A DNA stretch of 64,000 nt, from positions 160,557 through 224,556 of the forward strand of contig NW_008246104.1 in the NCBI RefSeq assembly GCF_000281045.1, read 5' to 3'. Under the pieces are notes generated by a model. That model saw only the letters and a list, made by a program, of their open reading frames with translations. It was not told where the DNA came from and did not search any database. A program made the position numbers and the translations under genes. This stretch comes from Saprolegnia diclina VS20. Its lineage: Eukaryota. Each line of letters starts with the position of its first letter. Within the stretch, counting starts at the first letter, position 1. Positions 26,995-40,360 of the stretch are shown piece after piece.

Positions 26995-27309
26995 TCATTT
27001 GTGCTGAAGCTGCACCGTTTGATTCGCCAGTTCGAACGCGTTGATCCACGACTGCTTGATTTCCATCGGTGTCTTGGGCGCGCTTGGAATGGGAGAGCTC
27101 GGCTCGGACACCACGTTGGTGGGCTCGTGGAGTTGGACACCAGTGTCGCTGTCAGCGTCCGTAGGAGCGCTGGAACCGACCGCCCCTCGTTGCTTCTCAT
27201 GCTTCACAAGGCCGCGCGTCTTGAGGTAGTAGGCACGGTTGCGTTCACGCTGCCGTTCGCGGCGCTGCGCTTGCGTTAGCACTTTGCGTCCTCGGCCCCC
27301 CGCAACCAT
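26995..27309 (-). CDS. Short ORF with basic helix (RRERQRERNRAYY); gene fragment or decayed element
   Basis: ATG-initiated ORF followed by interrupted reading frames down to about 26450; no family recognised. Confidence 0.3.
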   Translation of the reverse strand: MVAGGRGRKVLTQAQRRERQRERNRAYYLKTRGLVKHEKQRGAVGSSAPTDADSDTGVQLHEPTNVVSEPSSPIPSAPKTPMEIKQSWINAFELANQTVQLQHK

Positions 27310-27948
27310 CTTGGTCGAATTGATGCTTGCAGAAGATTTGTGCCTTCTTATCCGGAATTTCACCGACTATTTCAAGGGCCAATTTGCTTGCTTTTTCACG
27401 ATTGCGCTGGCAAAATGTCCCAGGCGCTGCAAGTTGTCTAAACTTTGCCAGTAGCCACTAGAATAAGTATCGTTCTCGTATCGGAAGTCATCCAACTCGA
27501 GTCGCACCAAGCAGCGTCTTGTACGCACTGACAGACCCCGAGCATTTCTGAAAATATGTGATTCAAATGTGGTGAACAAACGCATCATCGCGACCGAACA
27601 CAGGATCCAGTTCCTCCGGCGGCTCGGCACCGCAAATGCAATTTACAAAGCTATATAATTCCTAAACTCTGTCCGACGACGAAGACAGTTGCTCTACACT
27701 TGGCGCCGTGAAGCCAAAGAAGGAGACGACAATTTGGCAGTTTGGCGCCAGAGGACAGAAGTTCCGAAGAAGGGAAGGCTCCATACGAACTTTACCGAGC
27801 GCATGACCCAAACAGATACTAGACTCGGTTTGCGTATGGTATCTTGGCGCGGGAGAACCGCGAGCGGACTTGAAAGAAATCGAACTTAGCGGAGGCTGCA
27901 TTTGGACTTCGTCGCATTGCCGAAATTTAGCGAGCCGTCCGATCGACC

Positions 27949-29752
27949 ATGAGCGCGATCTCGGAAGACACCGTCCACGTGGACATGGAGCAGGAGCGCG
28001 AGGAAGATGAGATGGAGAGCTTTGGGTTTCAGGAAGATGACGACGACGATGAAGAGTACGACTACGAGTCCGACGCCGACGACGACGACGACGATGGCCA
28101 AGCGATCGCGGCCCCGACCAACACGCCTGCCGACGTTGCCTCGAACGAGTACCGCATCATCTCGCCCGACTTGCTGCGCACGCAGAAGGACGACCTCGTC
28201 CGCGACGTCGCTTCGATCCTGTCCGTGTCGGTCGACAAGGCCAGCCTCCTCCTGCGCCACCTCTTTTGGGACAAGGAAAAGCTCCTCAACATGTACTGGA
28301 GCGACCCGGAAGCCGTCGACGCTGCCGCTGGGTACGCAATCGCCACCGACCTGACGCTTGGACTCTGGCTGCTTTTACTGTAGAGCGTGCTTTACAGGCA
28401 AAGAAGTGGACGCGGCCACATGCAAGGACCCGTGCATGATCTGCATGGAGACGCCCGAGAGCGGGTTCACGGCGCTGGGTTGCCAGCACTTGTTTTGTCG
28501 CGTCTGCTGGCTGGGGTATCTGCAGACCAAGATCTCAGAGGGCCCCTTGTGCGTCACAACGACGTGCCCCCAGCATGGCTGCAAGGAGGTACATACATGC
28601 TGCTTGAAATTCCCATGTCCAATGCTGCGACGTAGCGCGTGAGCGACTCGATCTTCAAGAAGCTTTTGCCAGCAAACGAGTACAAGGCGTTTGACAAATT
28701 CCTGCTCCGGTCGTTTGTTGACATCAACCGAAGCATCAGGTGGTGCCCGGCGCCCGGCTGCAACAATGCGATCGTGTCGTCCGGCGGCCTCACGACCGTC
28801 TCGTGCTCGTGCGGTTGCCTTTTCTGCCTTCGGTATTTGCTGCGTTTCAGGAGACGTCCGTTTACTCATGCTGTTTGTAGCTGCGGCGAGGAAGCGCACG
28901 CGCCCGTCACGTGCGACCAGCTCGCGCTTTGGCAAGAAAAGTGCAAGAACGAGAGTGAGACTGCCAACTGGATCCTAGCCAACACCAAGAAATGCCCCAA
29001 GTGCTCGGTGCGCATCGAGAAGAACCAGGGCTGCAACCACATGACGTGCCGCGGTTGCAAGTACGAGTTTTGCTGGGTCCGTACTCGCACTGTACCTTGA
29101 GTGGCATGCTAATTAGGTCGTATATAGATCTGCATGGACGTGTGGTCCAACCACAACTCGGCCACAGGTGGCTACTACAAGTGCAATCGCTACGATCCGG
29201 CGGCGGCGCCGCAGGACACGGACGCGGCGCGTGCCAAGGCCGAGCTGGACCGCTACCTTCACTATTACCAACGGTACGGAACCCTAAAGTTGGGTATCCT
29301 GATGGAACCCAATTGTGTAGCTATGCCAACCACGCCGAAGCAGGACGGTATGCGCTGCGCATGCGCGAAAACACGGACGCGCGCATGACCGAGTTTGAAG
29401 CCGAAGCCAACGGCTCGTACATGGACGTGGGTTTTCTGAACGCGGCGATCGAGGCCATGGTTGCATGCCGCCGCGTTCTCAAATACTCGTACGTCTACGC
29501 GTACTACTTGTCGCCGGGGCCGGAGAAGAACCTCTTTGAGTACCTCCAAGAGGTATGTCGATATGCGTTGTACTGGCACGCAACAATACGTGTCGATAGG
29601 ATCTTGAACGAAACACAGAACACCTCACACATTTGGCCGAGAAGCCGCTCAACGAAATTGACCGCTCAGAGCTCAACAACTACACACGCGTGACGGAGAA
29701 GTTTCTCAAAAACCTACTTGGCGACGTCGACGACGGCCTCGTGCAAGAGTAG
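27949..29752 (+). CDS. Ariadne-family RBR E3 ubiquitin ligase
   Basis: Acidic N-terminus, RING1 (CMIC..CQHLFCRVCW), IBR (WCPAPGC..HAPVTC), RING2 (CPKC..IEKNQGCNHMTC), Ariadne domain (CRRVLKYSY). Confidence 0.95.
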
Positions 29753-29848
29753 GTGCCTGCATTTAAAAGAAAAACACACACGTCGAGTTGTCGATTGTAC
29801 ATTTTCTCAATATTTCGTTCCAAGAATTTGATAATCGACTAACGAGCA

Positions 29849-32715
29849 ATGACTAAGGACCGCCTTTTTCGGTTTCGCTGCGGTAACGGCAACCTCGCTC
29901 GCGCCACGATGCGGGCGTTTGTCAAGGCCGTGCAGATCGCCCGCTTCATCCCTGTGGTAGTCGACCCCATCTTCCGCAGCGTATCTCATCATAGTCGATA
30001 TCTTCAGGTCGAGGAAGACCGGCGCCAAAGCCTCTACATTGATGTCATTTCGGAGGCCCGGCGGTCGTCGCTCCGTCGCATCTCGGCCACGGTCCTGGCC
30101 AAGGTTCATGGATGCGCTACCGACTATACCTCTTGATGCTGTCTAGCAGGCACGGGAGCTCACGGCGGGTGTGCCCTCGTCGATGCATGCGATCGTGCAC
30201 GAGCGCAAGCGCTACTCGCTGTACGAGCTGCGCGAAAACAACATGCTCGTGAACCGTGGGCTCGTGCGACATCGCGTCACCAAAGAGATACCCGCCCCAC
30301 CGCCGGTGACAACGTCCCGTCATCCTCGCTCAAGCGTCCTGGATCCGTCGAGTTCGTTTCGAGCGGGATGGGACCTTGTCTTGATCGGTCTCGTGCTCTA
30401 CACGGCGATTGCTGTCGTACGTAGTGTGGGTGTGAGCGTCTCCTTTTGTCTATTGGGAAATTCTTCGTAGCCGGTTGAAATTGCGTTTGCTACGACGGAT
30501 GTGGTCGACGTGCTCTTTGTGTTGAACCGCGTCATTGACACTTTCTTTTTCCTCGACTGCTGCGTCAACTTTATGACGCCCTACATGGATATCGCGTCCA
30601 ACCAGTTGGTCGACGACCCGCGCAGTATCGTACTGCACTACGTGCAAGGTTGAAGTCGAATTCGATGAAAGAGATATGGAGCTTTTCTAGGGTGGTTTGC
30701 ACTCGACATTGTGTCGATCGTGCCCTACGACTTGATCAGCTGGGTAGCCAATCATATGAATCGATCGACGATGACACGTAGTACGTCGTGTTAGGCAATG
30801 ACAACGTCGTCCGCGTTCACGTTGAACCAGACGCAAAACGTCAAGGCGCTTCAAGTACGTTGTGGATGACCCGGTCTTCGCTTGATTGCGTTCGTAGATC
30901 ATGCGACTGCTGCGTATCCTCAAGCTCGCCCGTGTCTTCCGAGCGTCCCGCATCTTGCAGCGGTGGAAGGCGGTCTTGGGGTTCCCCGTCGCCATGACGC
31001 AGCTTGGGAAATACGCCTTTGTGATGGTTTGAGATATGTAGCAAAGTGTGCAGTGGCTCAAGCGCCGCTAGATCATTCTGGCACATTGGATGGCGTGTCT
31101 CTGGGGCTACGTGCCACAGTACCAGGACGACGTGCGCAACTGGGAGGTTGTCTATCAAGTCAACGGCTCGTCGCCCTCGACCCTCTACATTGCGTCGCTA
31201 TATTGGTCCAACGACAATGCCACCAAAGCCTTATAACAAATCAATTTGGCGTAGGTCGGTCATGACGATCGGTACGATCGGGTACGGGGACGTTCCCATG
31301 GTGACCAACCTCGAGAAGCTCGTGGCAATTCTCTGCATAACCACGGGTTGTGCGACGTATTCATTCAGTACGAGGCGCTCTCTTTGAATCACGATCTCAC
31401 TGTCGTAGTTGTCGGTTCGGTCTGTGGTCTCGTCTCGAGCCTGGACGAATCGTCCAACGAGTTCAACCAGCAAATGGTCGGCGTCATCTTTATCCCTTAC
31501 TCCTCTAGCAAGTGCCGAGCGATGCTTGTAGGATCACTTGAATACGTACATGGAGCGCGAAGACATTCCACCCGAAATGGTCTTTCGGTTGCGCGAGTAT
31601 TTTCTGCACCGCAGAGATCTCATGCTGCACCGCCACTTTTCCCGCGTCATCAAGTCGGTTTCTCTGTGTAGTACTTGTTCAAAGGCGACCTATGGGTACG
31701 ATGAGTAGCACACTCTCCCCGGGTCTCCAAGGCGAGCTCTGCGTCTTCACGGCGGGCGAGTGGGTCGAAAAGGCATGTCTGCGTCAAAGAGCATCTGAAA
31801 ATGTGGTGCTAGATTCCATTCTTCATGGGCGGCCCGCCCGGCGAGCACGTCCGATTCGTCACGGCCATCTCTCGCCGCATTGAAGCCGAGTTGTACCCGC
31901 CGCAAGAGCTCATTGTGCGGGCAGGCGAGATCTCGGGCAAGATGTTTATTATCAGCAAAGGTACTAGGCTCAAGGTTGAGGATAAACTTGAAAGATGGTG
32001 CACACTAGGTCTCGTGGCCCAGCGGGGTCGTATTTTGCACCAAGGACAAATTTTCGGCCAACACATGCTCCTCGACAAGATCGACTCGCTCACCATTTAC
32101 GACGCGCGGACGCTAACCTACGTCGACGCGTACTCGTTCTCGCGATGTGGTACGCACGATAGTCGAAATGGCTCGCAGACTCTGAGATGCAGTCTAGATC
32201 TGGACGAGATTTTGCGCAGCCACCACTACCCCAACAAGTGCAAAACGATTCGAAAAGCCACCGTGCTTTTAGCGTTAAATCGGCGCTTGCGCGTACGTCG
32301 CCTACCACGTACGAAGGTCACATCGGTGGTTAGTCGGTCTACGTCGAACTGCTGGCGATCCGTGCTTTTCAGAAATTGACACCCGTCGAGGAGACCGCGT
32401 GGCTGCGGCACCAGTACTACGTCGCACCTCTCATAGGACTATCCCACCTTGTTGAATCGTAGACTGTTGGGGCATCGGAACGAGTCGCGCGCCATTCACA
32501 GCCTCCGCGCCAGCATCGAGCTCATGACGACCGCCACCACTGTGATGGAGGCGATGCTCAAGCTCGATGCTTCCGTACGTCGCTTCTAGTATACCATTTC
32601 GCTGGTACAATTCCACGTACGCACATAGATGGCCAAGGTCGAAGAGGTCTCGGTGGCGCTGCGACTGCTGTCGACAGCCAAAGCGCTCGCCACCGACGCC
32701 TTGAAGCAGAGCTGA
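29849..32715 (+). CDS. Voltage-gated K+ channel with cyclic-nucleotide-binding domain (KCNH/CNG-like)
   Basis: WFALDIVSIVPYDL, S4 helix RLLRILKLARVFRASR, HWMACLW, pore MTIGTIGYGD, C-linker and CNBD (MFIISKG, IFG); many short introns. Confidence 0.9.
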
Positions 32716-32892
32716 TAAGAGCTAGGGGTAGGGCGATGCACTGATTGGCCGGCCGTATTTAATTCAAATAAGCGTGCAGTCCATACAAACACCAAGTGTA
32801 ATGACCACAATCCCTCGTTTTAAAACATATTTGCAGCCAATCAGCGTACACCTACCGACAATCAATTGCACTTTCCGACACGTCCTCGAGAT

Positions 32893-34883
32893 ATGAAGCA
32901 GCAGGAGCAGCCAGGACGCGAGAGCCTCTGGGCCCGCGCGACGCACCGCAAGTCGCTCGCGCAGCTGCGCGACGAAGAGAGCCACGAGACGAACGAGCGG
33001 TCGCTGCAGCTCTTTGATCTGATCATGATTGGCATCGGCGGCACGGTCGGCAGCGGCGTCTTCGCTACCGCCGGCTTGGTTCGACAATCCTACAACATGA
33101 TGCTTCTGACGAGGATGGCTTAGATTGCGCGCAACTACGCGGGGCCGGCGGCGGTGCTGAGCTGGGTCTTTGCGGGGATTGGCTGCATCCTCAGCAGCGG
33201 CGCCTTCATGGAGCTCTCGTGCCTCATCCCTGCCGATGGATCGACATACGCGTATACCTACCATGCGCTCGGCGAGCTCCCGGCTACGATCGCCGGCTTT
33301 CTCTTGACGCTCGAGTATGGCATCTCGAGCGCTGGCAACGCGCGTGCGTGGAGTGGCAAGTTTGTTGTCTGGCTCAAACTGCTCTTCAACGTCGACAGCC
33401 CGGTGTGGATGCGTCCTGCGGGGACCTCGATCGACTTGTACGCGGGTCTTCTCTTGGTACGAGCCGCTGCGCCTACACCTGTGATGTTATGGTCATATCC
33501 ATGCGTAGACTGTCTGCGTGCTCATCGTGCTCGGTGGCATGAGCCTCGGGAAGCGCCTCATCAATGTCATTACGCTCACCAAGATTACGGTTGTCCTCTT
33601 CATCATTGTCGCCGGCTTGACCAAGTTTGAGTACGCCAACGTGACCCCGTTCGTGCCACCGTCAACGACCAACGAGTCGGGTCAAACGGTCTTTGGGTGG
33701 CCCGGCGTCATGCTCGGAGCCAGCGCGAGCTTCTACGGCTACATCGGCTATGGTACCACCGCGATCCATGATTGCGAGCTCACTCGATCGATTTTGGAAT
33801 AGACGAAGTGTGTTGTTTGGCGGGCGAGGCTGTCAACCCACGCAAGAATATTCCGCGCGCCGTCCTCGGCACCGTGCTCGGCGCCGCGACACTCTCGATT
33901 CTAGCGACGCTCTCGATCGTCGGCATGCAGCACTACGCGTCCATTGACGTCGACGAGTCGTTTGGCGAAGCATTTAAATCGGTACCTACTATTAGTAGAC
34001 AATATTGGTGCGATTACGTAATTTTAGGTCGGGTACCACTGGGCGTCGCCGATCGTCGAGACAGGCGAAGTGCTCACGATGCCCGTGGGCATTCTCATTG
34101 GCTTTCTCGCTCAGCCGCGCGTGCAGGTATTTTGCATCAATTATTTTCCGATTTCCGATTTCACCATATTTCCTAGTGCGCCATGGCCAAAGACGGTCTT
34201 ATGCCGGCGGTCTTCAAGCGCCTGGACGTCCATGGTAACCCGCGCATGGGCGCGATCCTCTGCGGTCTCTTCCTCATCCTACTCACAACGCTCGTCGAGT
34301 TTCACGTGCTCTGGAACTTCATTTCGCTCGGGATTCTCCTCGCCTTTAACCTGACCAACCTCTCGCTCCTCGTTGTGCGCTACGAGGCGACGCAGATCGA
34401 GTGCGCGTCTCTGCAGCTCAAGCTGCCGTTCGTCCTCAGCGTCTTCTCGCTTGCGTCCTGGCTCGCCGCGTGGCACTGGCAGGAAGCGATCATTGCGCCG
34501 TCTCGCACCGGTATACCAACCCTTGTGTGCTATAAGCATTGATTTTTCGTATAGAGGGCTACGTGTACGAGTACATGACCGCGGCCGGCCTTGTCGTCGC
34601 GTCGTTGTTTACGGGGGTTGCGGCCAGCATGGTCGTGCTCCTCGCGTGCACCAAGCCCGTGACTAGTCCGCATAAGGCTACCGACGAGGTCGAAGCGCTC
34701 TTTCGCTGCCCCGGTGTACCGCTCGTGCCGTGCGTGGCCATGTTTTTCAACTGGCTGCTCGTGGCTCAAATGCCCGTGCTGACTGTCGTCATGATGGTGC
34801 TCTGGGTTCTCCTCGCCGTCTGTGTCTACCTCGTGTACGGCGCTCGGTATGCCGGTCGGCCACTCCGCGACGTGACGGTATAG
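32893..34883 (+). CDS. APC-superfamily cationic amino acid transporter (CAT), copy 1
   Basis: IGIGGTVGSGVF, AGPA, GSTYAY, FYGYIGYDEV, AQPRV, MAKDGLMP, FRCPGVPLVP. Confidence 0.92.
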
Positions 34884-35324
34884 ATAGCGTTCCTGCGTGA
34901 CCAACCATACAATCTAGGCTACCTCGGACGTAATACAGCATTGACCTTCCCACGGGACTTGGCAAGCGCTGTAGGAGTAGGCTTGGTTGGCGAGTGTGAT
35001 GTGGCTAGAAGCGCTGCAAGACGCAGTACGACGGCTCGCACTCTCGAGGAGGAATTGCGCAGACGCGCCGTCCATGGGTGCTGCGGCAATGCTAGTCGTC
35101 CATTCGTCTCTATGTCTGAAATGACGTTCTCGTGCTTGTAGTGTGCTGGACGACGACGAGATCGTTCTCGACAAAGATCGTGTATGTATGGCTTGAACGG
35201 CCCGTTGGCAGGAGTCTGTGCATGCTCCTGTGCGGCCTCTCTCCGTGTTGCGTGGTTGCTAGTGTTTCGAGGGTACCACCAACGATGACAAAACGACAAT
35301 GTTAGCGCGTTGTCTCAACAACAA

Positions 35325-37724
35325 CTAGGCCGAGAGCGTCTCGGGCACCGCCACGTACGGCTGGGCGCCGTGACGAGACGCGAGCGAGTGCTGGCCGCCA
35401 AGCCCGTAGAAGCTGTAGATGGCGATCGCAAGTGCAAAGTAGACGCCCATGAGCAGCACAATCAACGACGGGATCTGGATCGCGAGAAACCAGTTGAACC
35501 AAATCGCAAGGCACGGGAAGAGCGGCACGAGCGGCGCCTTGAACGCCTCCGTCTTGGCGTCGTCGCTCGCCTCGCTCCCGTCATTGTCGTCCAGTGGAGC
35601 GACGCTGGCCGCGTCGACCACGACAACGTCCTCGTCCTCGTCGTCGCGCATCTAGCCACATTGATATGATGAGACTATCGCAAACGATACGAGCTTGCGC
35701 ACGATAAGGCTGTCCGTGTCGGTTGTCGACGACGAGACGACCGTGCTCGGCGTATCGGGCAGCGTCTGAATGTTCTCGGGACTTTCTTTCGGCAGCAAGT
35801 CCGCTGGTGTCGGCGTACTCAGTGCCAGCATGCCCACCGTGACACCTAAGGACGGATATGTATCTTCTGCCACGGCGGTCGAGGAAGACGCGTACCAGTG
35901 AGTAAGGTAAAAATGACTGCGCCTGTTGTCCCAAAAGCGTGCATGTAGCGCTGGTGCAGCGACTCGTCGAGGTCTAACGCAGTAGAAATGAGACTTATTA
36001 CACAGAAAATCGAGTACCGCGCGGGGCGAGCAGGCTCTCTTGCACGTGGTAGGCTGAGAGGTACGAAGCCATGAGAAAGGCGCCGATGAGGGCAAAGACG
36101 CGGTAGGCTTCGGGTACGAGTCGCGACACGGGGGAGACCATGCTGCTGTGGCGGTAGCGCACTGCGAGGAGACACGTGTTGGTGACGTTGAACGCGACAA
36201 GAATCCCGAGCGAGATAAAGTCCCAGAGGTACTTGAAGGGGATGCAAACCGCCACCAGAGTCAAGACGCTGCCGCAGATGAGCGTACCAAAGAACGGGTT
36301 GCCGTGGCGATCGAGCTTGGCAAAGATCGACGGAAGGAGGCCATCGCGCGCCATTGCAAACTAGACATGTCGCAAATATTGCCTGAAGTCGCGACGAGTT
36401 GGTACCTGGACCCGGGGCTGGGCTAGGAACCCAATGAGGATACCGACAGGCATCGTGAGCACTTCGCCCGTCTCGACCACCGAAGCCGCCCACGACATGC
36501 CCAGCTAACATAAGCGACGGAGAATAAGAACAGAGTGGTGACGCGTCGCGATTTACGGTGACGCACCTCGTGAAATGCCGTGCCGTACGACTCGCCAATG
36601 TCGATCGCAGAGTACTTTTGCATGCCGACGAGCGACAACGTGGCCATTGTCGAGAGAAGCGCGGCGCCAATGACCGTGCCAAACACCGCCCGGGGAATGT
36701 CCCGCGTCGGGTTCTTGGCCTCAGCCGCCAAGCAGCACACTTCGTCTACCCAGATGTCATCGATGGACATGTTGTCCATATATATCGAGAGTACCGTAGC
36801 CAATGTAGCCGTAAAAGCTGGCACTCGCGCCGAGCATGACGCCAGGCCAGCCGTACACGGTTTGGTCGTGCTCGTTGCGCGCGACCGGCGGCAAGAACGG
36901 CTCGAGGAGGTTGGATTTTTGAAATTGCGAGAGGCCGACGACAATGATGAAGAGGACGACCGAGATCTTAGTGACCGTGATCGTGTTGATGAGTCGCTTC
37001 CCCGCCGACATGCCGCAGAGCACAATGACCGTGCACAGCATCTACATTGCACCAGAAAGATCCGCTGTTAGAACGAGCCTCGCGTCGACGAGGGTACCAT
37101 GAGGAGACCGGCGTAGAGGTCGATGAACCCGCCCTTTGGCTTCATCCAGTTGGGCCCTGGAAAGCCGAGGTGCGTGAGCCAAGCAGCGAGCTTGTCGCTC
37201 CACGCGCGGGCGCCACCGGCACTCGAGACGCCGTACTCGAGCGTCAAGAGCATGCCTGCGAGCATCGCCGGAAGCTCACCGAGCGCATGGTACGCGTACG
37301 CGTACGTGCTACCTGCTGATGGAATCAAGCCCGAGAGCTCCATGAAGGACGCGCCGCTGAGGATGCAGCCGAGGCCGGCAAAGATCCAGCTCAGCACCGC
37401 GCCGGGTCCGGCGTACGACCGCGCAATCTACGAACGCATTAGAGTACAGCAGATGGCGAGGACGATGCAGCGTACCAAGCCCGCGGTGGCGAAGACGCCG
37501 CTGCCGACGGTGCCACCAATGCCAATCATGAGCAAGTCGAAGCAGCCGAGCGTGCGCTCCATGTGCGGGTGCTCACTGGAGCTCTCGTCGGCGCGCGTGA
37601 GAGAGAGCGGCTTGCGCCAGCTCATGCGCGACCACGCAGACGTGATCGCGTTGTCATGGGCGCGTGCTGTGGGCGGTGGCGGTGGCGCTGCGTCGCCTCG
37701 GGCCTTGCGTCGCTGGAGCTGCAT
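35325..37724 (-). CDS. APC-superfamily cationic amino acid transporter (CAT), copy 2
   Basis: Same motifs as copy 1 (IGIGGTVGSGVF, GSTYAY, MARDGLLP, FKAPLVPLFP) and shared intron positions. Confidence 0.92.
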
Positions 37725-38570
37725 CTGGATCGATCGGCCGAATGACCATCTTGGCTTGGCCACCGACTATCCGGATACGATTTATCCGGCGTGGCCGATC
37801 GCACGACGCCAACGTCCAGTGAAAAATCGACTTTGGCAGGATATGGATTAAGTTATACAGGTGCATACGTGGCGCTCTGGCAAGCAGCGTCCACGTTGGG
37901 AACGGCTGCGGATCATTCGAAAGCTTCTCTCCAAAGCACTAGAGCTCAGTTGCAATACATTGCACGCAACACTGCGATCCGGTTGACCGTGCACTGCAGG
38001 TTGCTGCTTGAAGCGGCCACGCCATCACACAAGCCAAACAGGTCGGTGGTACATGACAGCCAGAATGGCGATACCTCATCACGGCGGTCATCAAGGACTC
38101 GAACAGTCGAACGAAAAGGCGAGAAACCGAGTTACTAGGCTCCGGGGGAGTGGGCTGGTAGGAACGATGAAATCATATGGATTATGCATTCCAATTGGTG
38201 CTAGGCAGACGACCTTGTTTGTGCAACGATTGGCGGAGGCACCCATTTCTGTGCTGTCATCGATAGTGACGTCAAGTAGCCCGGATGATGGCCCACGCCT
38301 TTCCAGACGTGAAGATAAAGCGGTGTCTGCAACGATCTCGTGGTGCTCACGGATGGACTTTACCGTCTCATCACACTTCCGTGTGGTCCGACGTACGTCA
38401 CATGGAACCGTCGCCCGTCCGTGACTACCAGCAAAATCTTGGCGACTTGGATCGACCCATCCGCAAAAAAGCAAATGCAGTGGGAGGTTGCACAAGAAGG
38501 TTAATATGGTTGCGAGTTAAAAAGACCGTAAAAGACGTCACGAGATGCAGTGCGAACGAGACGCTGTTGC

Positions 38571-39698
38571 CTACGCGACCATTGTGCCGCGTTCATACTC
38601 GTCGTCTTCGATGTCATCGACCGACATATTGAGCGTTTGGTCGGCCAGGTCGTTGTCGTCGTCCTCTTTCGGCGGCAGCAACAAGGCTGGGCGCGTGGCT
38701 GGCGGCGGCGAGTGCAAGTCGAAGGGCGGACTCTCCATGACGAGCGGCGACGAGTGAATCGGTGATGGATAGTTGGCCAGAAGCAATGGCGACGCGTACC
38801 GGCGCTCGAGCTCGCGAAGCGAGTCGGGTGACAAGTTGTTTTGGTGGCCAAACCCAAAGCCACTGCTCGGCGACGACCACGGCGACGTGAGCGACGACGG
38901 TCCCACTGGCATCATGTCTGGACGTGGGGCTTGCGGCGGCCGGAGTGCAAAAGGCGACGGCGTCCGACGCGCGAGTGCTTCTCCGGCCAGAGTCGAGCGC
39001 GCTGGTGTCAGCGGAGGCAGCGACGAAGGCGACGACTGCTTCGCACGCATATCGAGCATTTCAGCAAAGGGAGCAAGCGGCGCTCCGCTCGTGAGGGAGT
39101 TGCTCGCCGGGCGCATGACGTTGTAGCGCAAGGTCGCATACTGCGTCATGGCGTGCGCCAAACGACGCTGCAGATGCTGGACGCCGTCGGGCATGGCCGC
39201 AAGAAGCTTGAAGACGTACAGCCACACGTTGCCGCCAATCAGCACCTGGCGTGCGGACGTCGCTTCGCCATTCGGTGTCGCCAAGTGGTTGGTGCTGAGG
39301 ATGATGTCCGTCTGGAACGTCGTTGGCGACGCAAAGGTAACGTAGAGGATCTCATGGGCGGGCGACATGCACACTGCAACACGCACGGAACGGTCGCGCG
39401 AGACCAGTATGGCAAAGTCCCCGTGCAGCTCAAGATGACGCGGAAACGTTGTCGGCGTCATCATGACGGCCCATGCTACGAGCACGTCTTGTGCATCAGC
39501 GCCGCACGTTGCGAGGCTAGGCATCGCTCGCGCCAGAACGTCATCGTCGTGGAAAGCGAGGTACAGCCACAGACTCGCGGTCTCGGCGCTGTGGCACTTG
39601 AAGTCGACTCCCGCAATGTGGCCGAGCGCCGTCGTCGAGAGCTGCGCGACTTGTGCGTCGTCGACCGTCTTGACCGCCACCACCGTTGAGAGTGACAT
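38571..39698 (-). CDS. Hypothetical protein, intronless: globular N-terminal half, Pro/Ser-rich and acidic C-terminus
   Basis: Uninterrupted ORF of about 375 codons with GC3-rich codon use. Confidence 0.7.
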   Translation of the reverse strand: MSLSTVVAVKTVDDAQVAQLSTTALGHIAGVDFKCHSAETASLWLYLAFHDDDVLARAMPSLATCGADAQDVLVAWAVMMTPTTFPRHLELHGDFAILVSRDRSVRVAVCMSPAHEILYVTFASPTTFQTDIILSTNHLATPNGEATSARQVLIGGNVWLYVFKLLAAMPDGVQHLQRRLAHAMTQYATLRYNVMRPASNSLTSGAPLAPFAEMLDMRAKQSSPSSLPPLTPARSTLAGEALARRTPSPFALRPPQAPRPDMMPVGPSSLTSPWSSPSSGFGFGHQNNLSPDSLRELERRYASPLLLANYPSPIHSSPLVMESPPFDLHSPPPATRPALLLPPKEDDDNDLADQTLNMSVDDIEDDEYERGTMVA

Positions 39699-40360
39699 GG
39701 GGAGAATCGAAGAATGAGGGCGTCTGTGTGGTTTCAGCGTGTACAATGCATCTCGCCGCTGGACGCACGTCATTGACACCGTCGTTACTACCACCTTGCA
39801 CTGCAATCAGTACTCTATTGCTCGAAGGACGCTTCCTCACCTGCACCCCCCACATTGTCAAGCAGGCACCAGGCAGCACAGCGCATGTACCACCAACCAC
39901 CAAACATCGATCACAGTCGACGATCGACGAGGGCTGTTTCGGGCGTTGGGCATGGCACTTGCCTCGAAACTGCGCGACGATGGAGCGCCTCTGCGTATCG
40001 TAGCCCAGCCTACGGCACCACAGCTCTTGCGCTAAATCAAATACGCACACGCAGCTTTGGTTTCGAATGCTGGGATAGGTCTGTCTCCGCTGGTGAGCCG
40101 TGATGACAAGGCGGGCTGTCCGGCTGCCACGTCATTAAGATCTCATGGAAACATTTCTCATGTCGCCATGCCACAGTCTTTCAATGCTTTGTCGGTCGTA
40201 CCTTGAACCCTAATGCATTGAGCCCGCACGGAGGGTTGTGGGCTAGATTTCCATGCAAAGCGCCGGCAAAACGCGCCAAGTGCCACCAAGCAGTACGCCC
40301 GCGAGACCAATTTAGTGGCTTTTGCCTTCACGTCTTACTACTGTCTTTGCAGCAAAACGT

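Noticed and set aside
34919..35299. 126-aa ORF between the two CAT genes
   Set aside because: No motif or clear coding bias; lies in the shared 3' region of convergent genes.
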